64,000 nucleotides of DNA from an uncultured Bacilli bacterium (GCA_947629375.1 CANRDN010000009.1:209-64208); one strand, 5' to 3'; shown: positions 53,355 through 62,094, counted from the stretch's first letter. Notes: generated by a model not told the origin, from the letters alone. Numbers and translations: made by a program.

Positions 53355-54068
53355 ATGAAGAAAATAGCTATATTTAGTGATATTCACGGAAACTTACAAG
53401 CACTTGAAAGTATACTTAAAGATATAGATAATGATAAGTTTGATGAAGTAATATGTCTTGGAGATATAATTGGGTTTGGACCTAACTCTAAAGAATGTTT
53501 AGATTTAATAATGGATTCTACAATTAAGATGGTAAAAGGTAATCACGAAATCTATCAGTTAAATGAATCTATTTTTGAAAATTTAAGTTCAATAGATCAA
53601 AAACATCATAACTATGTCAAAAAGAGTTTAAATGAAGAAGAGATAAATTTTATCGATAAATTACCAATGAGTAGAGAAGAATTAATCGAAGGAAATCTAT
53701 TTACTTTTTGTCACTTTTTATTAAATGAAAGTAAAGATTATTTTCAAAGTTTAGAAATTCTTTCTGATGATAGAATATTTGAGTCTGCTAAAGAGTATGA
53801 GAGTGACTATATGTTTGTGGGGCATAGTCACGATGATTTTCAAATAAGTAATGGAAGTCTTTTAACTTGTCCTGGAAGTTGTGGATGCAGAAAAAATGAT
53901 GAGACTTTTTACACTATAGTAGAAGTAAATGGTAGAAGTGTCAAAATAACGAAAAAAGAAGTAAAGTACGATAGAAAAATGTTTGAAAAAGCAGTCAAAG
54001 AAAAAGACTATCCGAATAGGGAAGCAATTGCAAAAGATTTCTTTGGAATAGACTTAAGTAAGAAATAG
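53355..54068 (+). CDS. metallophosphoesterase (YfcE/MJ0936-like)
   Basis: Motifs SDIHGN, GDIIGFG, GNHE and GHSH. Confidence 0.8.
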   Translation: MKKIAIFSDIHGNLQALESILKDIDNDKFDEVICLGDIIGFGPNSKECLDLIMDSTIKMVKGNHEIYQLNESIFENLSSIDQKHHNYVKKSLNEEEINFIDKLPMSREELIEGNLFTFCHFLLNESKDYFQSLEILSDDRIFESAKEYESDYMFVGHSHDDFQISNGSLLTCPGSCGCRKNDETFYTIVEVNGRSVKITKKEVKYDRKMFEKAVKEKDYPNREAIAKDFFGIDLSKK

Positions 54069-54088
54069 AGGCAACTCTATTTTTTTTG
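54064..54088 (+). terminator. intrinsic terminator
   Basis: AATAGAG-gcaa-CTCTATT followed by T8. Confidence 0.6.
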
Positions 54089-54157
54089 CAACTTTTTTAC
54101 ACTAAGAAATAGAATATAGAGATTACTCTTTTAAATGTGTAAATAATCCCATTTTTA

Positions 54158-54186
54158 TTGACACTAAAAAAGCAAAAGAGTAATAT
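54158..54186 (+). promoter_or_regulatory. sigma-A promoter TTGACA-17 nt-TAATAT
   Basis: Consensus -35 and a good -10 upstream of the ABC exporter pair. Confidence 0.5.
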
Positions 54187-54226
54187 TTATATAGTTGTCA
54201 TTTTTTAGTGATAGAAAGGAGTTTAT

Positions 54227-55987
54227 ATGATAAAATTACTTAAAAGTTTTAATATAAAAGATTACTTAATAATAGTCGTTTGTATTGCCCTTATGGTTGC
54301 TCAAGTTTATTTAGATCTTAAGATTCCTGATTATATGAGTAAGATAACTCAATATGTTCAAACTGGATCTGGCACGATGAATCAGATTCTAGAACAGGGT
54401 GGATATATGCTTTTATGTTCTCTCGGTAGTTTGGTAACAGCAGTTATAATTGGTTATTTTGCATCCCTTCTTGCTGCATCTCTATCATTGAAACTTAGAA
54501 GTAGAATCTTTAATAAAGTAGAAAGTTTTGGAATGGAAGAAATAAAGAAATTTTCTACAAGCAGTTTAATTACAAGAACTACTAACGATGTAACGCAGAT
54601 AGAAATGACTGTAGCTATGGGACTTCAAATGATGATTAAGGCACCAATTATGGCTATTTGGGCTGTATCAAAAATACTAAATAAAAGTATCGAATGGAGT
54701 CTTTTGACAGCAGGTGGAGTAGTGGTACTTCTAACGACGATTATAATACTTATGATAATTGTGTTACCTAGATTTGCTAAAGTTCAAAAACTTATCGATA
54801 AAGTAAATGGTGTAACGGGTGAAAATTTAAACGGTATTAGAGTTATACACGCTTTTAATGCTGAAAATTATCAAGAAGAAAGATTCGAAAAAATAAATAA
54901 TGAATTAACTAAAACACAGTTGTTCAATCAAAGAATGTTTTCTATATTGAATCCAGTAATGATGCTTGTAAACCATTCATTAACACTTGGAATATACTTT
55001 ATTGGAGCATTCTTAATAAGTTCAGCAGGACTTATGAGCAAATTTACTTTATTTAGTGATATGGTTGTCTTTTCAAGTTATGGAATGCAAGTTATTATGT
55101 CATTTTTAATGCTTGCAATGATATTTATGATGATTCCAAGAGCACAAATTTCAGCAAAGCGTATCAATGAAGTTTTAGATGAAGATAACAAAGTAAAAGA
55201 TGGAACATTTGATGGTAAAACAAAAGAAAAAGGTACAGTTGAGTTTAAAAATGTTTCATTTAGATATCCTGATGCTGATGAAGATGTTATCTCTAATATA
55301 AGCTTTAAAGTAGGCCAAGGAGAGACTATTGCATTTATCGGTTCAACGGGAAGTGGAAAAAGTACTCTTATTAATTTAGTACCCAGATTTTATGATGTAA
55401 CCGAAGGAGAAATTCTAGTAGATGGTGTTAATGTAAAAGAATATACTCAAGAAGCTTTACATAATAAGATAGGGTATATACCTCAAAAAGCTGTAATGTT
55501 TACAGGGAGTGTCAAGGATAATGTAACATATGGTGACAATGGAAAAGGAAAACCTAGTAAAAAGAAAATAGAAGAAGCGATAAAAGTTGCTCAAGCATAC
55601 GATTTCGTATCAAAGATGGAAAATGATTTAGACTCTCATATTGCTCGTGGTGGAACTAATGTCTCAGGTGGTCAGAAACAAAGACTTGCTATAGCAAGAG
55701 CAATTGCAAGAGACCCAGAAATCTATATCTTTGATGACTCTTTTTCAGCTCTTGACTATAAGACAGATGCTACTTTAAGAAAAGAATTAAAAAAATATAC
55801 GAAGGACGCTACTAGTTTAATCGTTGCCCAAAGAATAGGTACAATTATTAAAGCCGATAAAATAGTAGTTCTCGATAAAGGAAAATGTGTGGGAATTGGT
55901 ACTCATAAAGAGCTTCTTAAAAATTGTGAAGTTTATAAAGAGATTGCCTTATCACAATTATCAAAGGAGGAGTTGGAAAATGCCTAG
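54227..55987 (+). CDS. ABC exporter half-transporter (type I, 6 TM + NBD), degenerate-site subunit
   Basis: GSTGSGKST and VSGGQKQR are present. Walker B reads IYIFDDSFSALD, with Asp in place of the catalytic Glu. Confidence 0.85.
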   Translation: MIKLLKSFNIKDYLIIVVCIALMVAQVYLDLKIPDYMSKITQYVQTGSGTMNQILEQGGYMLLCSLGSLVTAVIIGYFASLLAASLSLKLRSRIFNKVESFGMEEIKKFSTSSLITRTTNDVTQIEMTVAMGLQMMIKAPIMAIWAVSKILNKSIEWSLLTAGGVVVLLTTIIILMIIVLPRFAKVQKLIDKVNGVTGENLNGIRVIHAFNAENYQEERFEKINNELTKTQLFNQRMFSILNPVMMLVNHSLTLGIYFIGAFLISSAGLMSKFTLFSDMVVFSSYGMQVIMSFLMLAMIFMMIPRAQISAKRINEVLDEDNKVKDGTFDGKTKEKGTVEFKNVSFRYPDADEDVISNISFKVGQGETIAFIGSTGSGKSTLINLVPRFYDVTEGEILVDGVNVKEYTQEALHNKIGYIPQKAVMFTGSVKDNVTYGDNGKGKPSKKKIEEAIKVAQAYDFVSKMENDLDSHIARGGTNVSGGQKQRLAIARAIARDPEIYIFDDSFSALDYKTDATLRKELKKYTKDATSLIVAQRIGTIIKADKIVVLDKGKCVGIGTHKELLKNCEVYKEIALSQLSKEELENA

Positions 55988-57947
55988 ACCTGGAAGAAGA
56001 ATACCGGAAAAGTCTAAAGATTTCTCTGGCTCTATGAAAAAATTATTTAAAAGCTTAGATAGATGGAGATACCTTGTAATAGTAGCGCTATTTATCGCTC
56101 TTGTATCAGCAATATTAAGTTTAGTAACACCAAATAAATTATCTACAATGACTGATACGATAACAGAAGGAATAAAACCTCAAATAACAGAAGAAAAAAT
56201 ACAAGAAATATTAACAAGTGATAAAGTATCACAAGAAGATAAAGAGACTGTTCTATCTCTAATTGAACAATTTAAAAATAGTGATAAAAAACAAGAAGAA
56301 TTAGAATTAAGTGAAGAAAATCTATCTTTTTTAGATGAACTTCCAAATAGTATAAAGAAGATAATAGAACCTAAAATGGATCTTGATAAAGTAAAAAGCA
56401 TCTTTTTCTTACTTTTAACACTTTATTTAGTTAGTGCTTTATTAAGCTTTATACAATCATTTATTATGACGACAGTATCTAATAATTTTGCTAAATCTCT
56501 TCGTTCTAAGATAAGTTGTAAAATAAATAGATTGCCACTTAAGTTCTTTGATCACAATGAAACAGGAGATGTTTTATCTCGTGTAACAAACGATGTCGAT
56601 ACAGTAGCTCAAAATATGAATAACTCACTTGCTACTTTAGTAACTAGTATCACTTTACTAGTGGGATCTACCATAATGATGTTTTACACAAACTGGATAA
56701 TGGCAATTACTGCAATAGTTGCAAGTATAGTGGGATTTTCCTTTATGGCTATCATTCTTTCTAAGAGTCAAAAATACTTTATTGAAAGACAAAAGCAAAT
56801 AGGTTTTATGAATGGTCATATCGAAGAAGTATACTCTGGACATAATGTTGTTAAATCTTATAATGCTGTTAAAGAAGTAACTGATGAATTTGATTCTTTA
56901 AATAATGCACTATATGTTTGTAATAGAAAAAGTCAGTTCTTATCTGGTCTTATGGGACCAATTATGGGATTTGTTGGTAACTTAGGATATGTTGCTGTAT
57001 GTATCGTTGGTGCATTACTAACTTCAAACAATGTCATAACTTTCGGAGTTATCGTCGCATTTATGATTTACGTAAGAATGTTTACAAATCCACTTTCTCA
57101 AATAGCTCAAGCAATGACGGCACTTCAATCAACTGCAGCAGCTAGTGAAAGAGTATTTGAGTTCCTTGAAGAAGCAGAGTTAACTAAAGAAACGCAAAAG
57201 AAAAAGCTTAACAGAGAAGAAGTTAAAGGAAAAATTGAATTTAAGAATGTTAAATTCGGTTATGATGAAAATAGAACAATCATAAAAGATTTCAGTGCCG
57301 TAGCAAAACCTGGTCAAAAGATTGCTATAGTAGGACCTACTGGTGCTGGTAAAACGACAATGGTTAACTTATTAATGAAGTTTTATGAAATAAATGATGG
57401 TGATATTTTAATAGATGGAGTATCAACAAAAGATTTGACAAGAGAAAACATCCACGATTTATTTATTATGGTACTTCAAGATACTTGGTTATTTGAAGGA
57501 ACGGTAAGAGAAAACTTGTCATTTAATAATACTGTTACCGACCAAACAATATGGGATGCTTGTTCAACTGTTGGAGTTGACCATTTCATCAAGACTTTGC
57601 CAAAACAGTTAGATGCTAAGATAGATAATAGTGATGCGATAAGTCAGGGACAGAAACAGTTACTTACCATTGCAAGAGGTATGATTAAAGATGCACCATT
57701 CCTAATTCTTGACGAAGCAACATCAAGTGTCGATACAAGAACGGAAGAAATAGTTCAAAAGGCTATGGATAAACTTACAATTGGAAGAACATCATTTATT
57801 ATCGCTCATAGACTATCAACAATTAGAAATGCTGATTTAATCCTTGTAATGAATGAAGGAAACATAATAGAACAGGGAACTCACGATTCACTTATGAAGA
57901 AGAATGGTTTCTATGCTGAACTATATAACTCACAATTTAAAAAGTAA
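55980..57947 (+). CDS. ABC exporter half-transporter, consensus-site subunit
   Basis: Motifs GPTGAGKTT, ISQGQKQ and Walker B LILDEATSSVD. The ATG at 55980 follows an AGGAGG RBS and overlaps the upstream stop. The track start at 55887 is an extension. Confidence 0.85.
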   Translation: MPRPGRRIPEKSKDFSGSMKKLFKSLDRWRYLVIVALFIALVSAILSLVTPNKLSTMTDTITEGIKPQITEEKIQEILTSDKVSQEDKETVLSLIEQFKNSDKKQEELELSEENLSFLDELPNSIKKIIEPKMDLDKVKSIFFLLLTLYLVSALLSFIQSFIMTTVSNNFAKSLRSKISCKINRLPLKFFDHNETGDVLSRVTNDVDTVAQNMNNSLATLVTSITLLVGSTIMMFYTNWIMAITAIVASIVGFSFMAIILSKSQKYFIERQKQIGFMNGHIEEVYSGHNVVKSYNAVKEVTDEFDSLNNALYVCNRKSQFLSGLMGPIMGFVGNLGYVAVCIVGALLTSNNVITFGVIVAFMIYVRMFTNPLSQIAQAMTALQSTAAASERVFEFLEEAELTKETQKKKLNREEVKGKIEFKNVKFGYDENRTIIKDFSAVAKPGQKIAIVGPTGAGKTTMVNLLMKFYEINDGDILIDGVSTKDLTRENIHDLFIMVLQDTWLFEGTVRENLSFNNTVTDQTIWDACSTVGVDHFIKTLPKQLDAKIDNSDAISQGQKQLLTIARGMIKDAPFLILDEATSSVDTRTEEIVQKAMDKLTIGRTSFIIAHRLSTIRNADLILVMNEGNIIEQGTHDSLMKKNGFYAELYNSQFKK

Positions 57948-58017
57948 AAAGTAAATTAAAAGGAAAGGAAAGAATAAATTTCCTTCTTTTTTAGTCTTTA
58001 TTTAATAGAAGTATATG

Positions 58018-58026
58018 TGTTATAAT
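58018..58026 (+). promoter_or_regulatory. extended -10 promoter element TGTTATAAT
   Basis: Lies 25 nt upstream of the AAA+ gene start. Confidence 0.4.
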
Positions 58027-58050
58027 AATTTATGATAGGAGGCTTACGTT

Positions 58051-61002
58051 ATGGATAAGGATTTGATTAACTTCGAAGCCAATTTTAGTGTCCTTGATCG
58101 TTATGGAACGTACGTAACTAAAGAAGAGTTTATAACAAATCCAGCTATCGGACGTGATCAACAAATCAAAGAACTTATTCTAGTATTGCTAACACCTGAA
58201 AAGTCAGCAATATTAATTGGTAAGCCTGGTATAGGTAAAACGGCCATTGTCGAAGGACTTGCCTATAGAATTCAACAAAATGATGTTCCAGAAGCCCTAA
58301 GGGGATTTGAAATTATAAATATAAAAACCGCATCACTTTTAGGTACAATGCCAAGTGGTGAGAGTAAAGTTCAAAAAATGATTGATGAACTTAAAACAAA
58401 AGAAAAGTTAATACTATTTATCGATGAAATACATATGTTAATCGGAGCTACCGATTCATCTTCACTTGACTTTGCCAACATCTTTAAGGAAGGTTTAGGT
58501 CGTGGAAGTATTAAAGTAATCGGTGCAACAACAACTGAAGAATATGAACGATACATCTTAAGAGATAAAGCTTTCACAAGGCGTTTTCAAAAGATCGAAG
58601 TACCAGAACCTTCAAGAGATGAAACAATTCAGATAATGATGGGAACTCTTCCTAAGTTTGAAAAACAAACTGGAAGAAAAATGAAATATACATCTTTTAT
58701 TCAACAGAGAATTATGAGTTTCTTAGTAGACATAACAAGTGAATATAAAAGAGTTTTTGCACTTGGTTCTAGATACCCAGATGTATGTTTAACATTATTA
58801 AAGCAAGCTTTTTCTTATACAGTATACGACAATAGACCGTATATGGATATATTTGATATAAGAAAAGCTATTGAAAACTCGAAAAATATTTATCCTGATG
58901 TTATAAAGAAAGAACTACCTAACTTCGATAAAATGTTTAATGATATTATCCTCGAAGAAAAGGGTGAAAAACCTGTCGAAGAATGGAGAAAAGATAATGC
59001 TCCAACAAGAAGTGAGTTGGAAGGGCAAGAAAGTAAATCGATGGGAGATAATACATCTGCAGCGAATATAATAAGTTCAAATGTAAAAAAAGTAGAAAGA
59101 AACAAAGGAAATATAATTGGATTAAGTACAGATGTGACATCTACTTTGCAAGATGTACCGGAGTTTGTTGATACAACTGATGCTAAAGAAAATAGAAAAT
59201 TACCTGCAAATATGAGAAAAAAGAAATTTGCAAGAATTGGCTCTACAGATGTTTCGGTGGGACTTAAAGAAAAACTTAATAGAGGTAAGAATGTTTCAAA
59301 AATAGATGACATTTTATTATCTGGTAATATAGATGTAATAAAAAGACAAGAAAATACGGGACCGATGATGCCTACTAGTTATGTAATAACAGATGAATTA
59401 AAGCAGGGCGTTGACGATAGTTATTTACTTGGAAGACCAATATTAAGCACACTCGATATGCAAGGAAAACAAGTAGAAGAAAATGAAACATATAATAGAA
59501 AAAGAAATAAGAATGAGGGAAGAAATATGTGGAATGATGGAAATAGACCAAATAGACAAGATATAAGCACTCAAAATTTTGATAAATATAATAACTTTTT
59601 TCACCAAGATAGTCCTTATCAAAATAGTGGATTTAATAATGGACCAATGAATCAAAATATGAGTGAAGAAGAAATGGAAAATGCTAAAAGAATGGATATG
59701 CTTATGGGTAAAGGAAATTCTGATAATGGCCCTCTTGGAAATAATCAGAATATGAATGGACCAATGCCAGGAAATCCACAAGGTTTTAATCCTGGAATGC
59801 CACCAATGTCTGGAAATGGGGGAATGGGACCAATGCCAGGAAATCCACAAGGATTTAACCCTGGAATGCCACCAATGCTTGGAAATGGAGGAATGGGACC
59901 AATGCCAGGTAACCAACAAGGATTTAACCCTGGAATGCCACCAATGTCTGGAAATGGAGGAATGGGACCAATGCCAGGTAACCAACAAGGATTTAACCCT
60001 GGAATGCCACCAATGCCTGGAAATGGAGGAATGAGACCAATGCCAGGAAACCAACAAGGATTTAATCCAGGAATGCCACCAATGTCAGGACCAGGACCAA
60101 CGGGACCTTCTCAAAATAGTTTCTTGAACCCACCAAGCAACTCAAATAATAGTGCAAGTGAATCATTGTTTGGGGCACCAATGTATGAAGAGAAAAAAGA
60201 TAATCAATTAGATCAAATTCCAGATATTTATGGACCAAATAATTTTTCTAATAATTCAATGAATCAAAATTCTTCAATGAATAATGGTTTCTTTGGAGTA
60301 AATAACAATAATGGAAACAATCAAGGAGGCTTCTTTCTTCAAGGAAATAATCCAACTCCTAAATCATCAGTTGAGTCATTGTTTGGAGCACCAATGTATA
60401 CTGAAGAATTACAGGACTCACCAAAAAATTTGATAGATAGTTCCGATATAGTTGGAAATCTCATAAGTGAAGATATGAGAATAAAAAATGGTAAAATTGT
60501 TGATGAATTTCCAACATTTGACAAATTAAATAATTTATCAAATATTCAATCCGTTATTAAAGATGTTCGTTCTGAAAGTAATAATTTTAATAATAACCAA
60601 AATCAAAATCCTAGTAATTCTTTCTTAGATATGAGTAATAATAATTCACAGAATAATTTTATGAATCAAGGAAATAATCAATCATTCCTTAATATGAACA
60701 ATAATATGAATAACTCAAATAATATGTTTGGACAACCACAAAATAATGCAACACCTTTCCAAGATAATATTTTGGCTTCTGTACATAAACAAAATGATAA
60801 TCAAAATACTAATACAAGTACAAATCCAAGTACAAGTGGAGATTTTGTAAATTTAAGTGATTTAAATAGTGGAAAAGTAAAAGAAGAAAATATGAACAAA
60901 TTTATGGGACCACCAGAGGAAAAACCAGTGCCAACTGTAGATTTAAATCTTGAGAATAACAACAATCAAGAAAATAATTACTACGATGATTTCTTCGAAT
61001 AA
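58051..61002 (+). CDS. Clp/Hsp100 D1-type AAA+ ATPase fused to a long Q/N/G/P/M-rich low-complexity region (983 aa)
   Basis: Residues 1-290 match ClpA/B/C D1: GRDQQIKELILVL, Walker A GKPGIGKTAIVEGLA, Walker B LFIDEIHML, and IGATTTEEY...DKAFTRRFQKIEVPEPS. There is no Clp N-domain, no D2 and no TM segment. Confidence 0.8.
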   Translation: MDKDLINFEANFSVLDRYGTYVTKEEFITNPAIGRDQQIKELILVLLTPEKSAILIGKPGIGKTAIVEGLAYRIQQNDVPEALRGFEIINIKTASLLGTMPSGESKVQKMIDELKTKEKLILFIDEIHMLIGATDSSSLDFANIFKEGLGRGSIKVIGATTTEEYERYILRDKAFTRRFQKIEVPEPSRDETIQIMMGTLPKFEKQTGRKMKYTSFIQQRIMSFLVDITSEYKRVFALGSRYPDVCLTLLKQAFSYTVYDNRPYMDIFDIRKAIENSKNIYPDVIKKELPNFDKMFNDIILEEKGEKPVEEWRKDNAPTRSELEGQESKSMGDNTSAANIISSNVKKVERNKGNIIGLSTDVTSTLQDVPEFVDTTDAKENRKLPANMRKKKFARIGSTDVSVGLKEKLNRGKNVSKIDDILLSGNIDVIKRQENTGPMMPTSYVITDELKQGVDDSYLLGRPILSTLDMQGKQVEENETYNRKRNKNEGRNMWNDGNRPNRQDISTQNFDKYNNFFHQDSPYQNSGFNNGPMNQNMSEEEMENAKRMDMLMGKGNSDNGPLGNNQNMNGPMPGNPQGFNPGMPPMSGNGGMGPMPGNPQGFNPGMPPMLGNGGMGPMPGNQQGFNPGMPPMSGNGGMGPMPGNQQGFNPGMPPMPGNGGMRPMPGNQQGFNPGMPPMSGPGPTGPSQNSFLNPPSNSNNSASESLFGAPMYEEKKDNQLDQIPDIYGPNNFSNNSMNQNSSMNNGFFGVNNNNGNNQGGFFLQGNNPTPKSSVESLFGAPMYTEELQDSPKNLIDSSDIVGNLISEDMRIKNGKIVDEFPTFDKLNNLSNIQSVIKDVRSESNNFNNNQNQNPSNSFLDMSNNNSQNNFMNQGNNQSFLNMNNNMNNSNNMFGQPQNNATPFQDNILASVHKQNDNQNTNTSTNPSTSGDFVNLSDLNSGKVKEENMNKFMGPPEEKPVPTVDLNLENNNNQENNYYDDFFE
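59758..60090 (+). repeat. about 4.8 tandem copies of a 69-bp in-frame repeat (GPMPGN[PQ]QGFNPGMPPM[SLP]GNGGM)
   Basis: Copy starts at 59758, 59827, 59896, 59965 and 60034 are exactly 69 nt apart, and the copies are more than 90% identical. Confidence 0.9.
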
Positions 61003-61019
61003 ATTTAAGTTTTAAAGAA

Positions 61020-61054
61020 AAAAGTATACGAGTTTGTATACTTTTCTTTTTTTT
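61020..61054 (+). terminator. intrinsic terminator
   Basis: Perfect 10-bp stem AAAAGTATAC / GTATACTTTT followed by a T-run. Confidence 0.7.
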
Positions 61055-61087
61055 GCAAAAAAAAGAAAGATATCTCTTCCTTTTAAA

Positions 61088-61663
61088 TTAACGAAGTATG
61101 TTTGTCTTAGAGAATTCTCTTTCGTATATTTCTGCTAGTTCTTTAAATCTGTTAAAATGTACTACCTCTCTTTGCCTTAACCATAATAGTGGTCCCAAGA
61201 TATCGGGATCATTTGTCATATTTATTAAGTTTTCGTATACAGCACGAGCTTTTTGTTCTGCTGCCATATCTTCATATAAGTCGGCAATTGGATCTCCTGT
61301 TGTAGCAAAATAAGCAACTGTAAAAGGTACACCATTAGCATCTGTTGGATATAATGATTTATTGTGTTCTGCATAATGAGGTCCAAGTCCAATGCTTTCA
61401 AGTTCTTCGATAGTAGCATCTTTTGTCAATTGATAGATCATTGTTGAAATCATCTCTATATGAGCAAGTTCTTCTGTACCAATATCAGTAAGTAAAGCCT
61501 TGCCACGATTATCTGGCATTGTAAACCTTTGATTCAAATAACGAAGTGCTGCTGCAAGTTCACCATTGGCGCCTCCGTATTGTTCTGTTAGGTATTTTGC
61601 CATTCTTAAATCTTTTTTCTTAATATCTATTGGATATTGTAATTTCTTTTTATATTGCCACAT
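61088..61663 (-). CDS. cotJC: spore coat protein CotJC (manganese catalase family)
   Basis: MWQYKKKLQYPI..., GELAAALRYLNQRF and EELAHIEM di-metal motifs. Confidence 0.85.
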   Translation of the reverse strand: MWQYKKKLQYPIDIKKKDLRMAKYLTEQYGGANGELAAALRYLNQRFTMPDNRGKALLTDIGTEELAHIEMISTMIYQLTKDATIEELESIGLGPHYAEHNKSLYPTDANGVPFTVAYFATTGDPIADLYEDMAAEQKARAVYENLINMTNDPDILGPLLWLRQREVVHFNRFKELAEIYEREFSKTNILR

Positions 61664-61665
61664 AA

Positions 61666-62094
61666 TTATCTAACCTCCCAAGGAAAAGTTGTTTGAACCC
61701 AACTGAATGGAACACTATTATCACTAACGTCATTTACTGTTATTGGTCCATACTTTCTTTCATAATCGTTAAGTAACTTGTTATATGAGTTTTTGTAATC
61801 TGTAAAAACATTTACCATATTTTGATCTTCTGGATGAATATCTAAGTATAAGTTTATGTCGTGCATAGCAAATCCCATTTCACTCAAGTTAAATAAAGCT
61901 TCTTCTTTCTCTGAATTAAATCTTAAAGTTGCAGGTTTGTAATTTTTATATTGATTATATAAGTTTCTAAATAAATTTCCTTTTAAGTATCCTTCGTAAG
62001 GTCCAAATAAAGCACTAGTATCTGGTTGATACATCTTATTATTTGGCATCATAAAGGTATCATTAAAAGTATCAAAATAATTGTAATTATTCAT
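61666..62094 (-). CDS. cotJB: CotJB-like spore coat protein with a CotJA-like N-terminal extension (142 aa)
   Basis: CotJB core FAMHDINLYLDIHPED...YNKLLNDYERKYGPI...FPWE. The N-terminal LFGPYEGYLKGNLFRNLYNQYKNY resembles the CotJA motif. The ATG at 62094 follows a GGAGGA RBS. Confidence 0.7.
   Translation of the reverse strand: MNNYNYFDTFNDTFMMPNNKMYQPDTSALFGPYEGYLKGNLFRNLYNQYKNYKPATLRFNSEKEEALFNLSEMGFAMHDINLYLDIHPEDQNMVNVFTDYKNSYNKLLNDYERKYGPITVNDVSDNSVPFSWVQTTFPWEVR

Noticed and set aside
55887-55979. Apparent 100-nt overlap of the two ABC exporter genes. Similar N-terminal extensions occur in the track at 537, 3177, 4647, 8118, 11023, 13521, 15924, 21359, 23252, 23593, 31948, 36067, 53301 and 62145
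   Set aside because: In each case an internal ATG, GTG or TTG with a proper Shine-Dalgarno sequence gives the family-typical N-terminus. Several of the extensions contain the promoter -35 or -10 elements themselves.
59443-60057. 204-aa minus-strand ORF (W/H/S/R-rich, highly repetitive) and the 92-aa plus-strand alternative-frame ORF at 59756-60034
   Set aside because: Both are frame shadows of the 69-bp tandem repeat inside the AAA+ gene. They have no RBS, a nonsensical periodic composition, and are fully contained in a much longer ORF with a recognisable N-terminal domain.
59758-60090. Possible CRISPR-like array because of regularly spaced repeats
   Set aside because: The repeats are directly adjacent with no unique spacers. 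They are in frame within a 983-aa ORF, and no cas genes are present.
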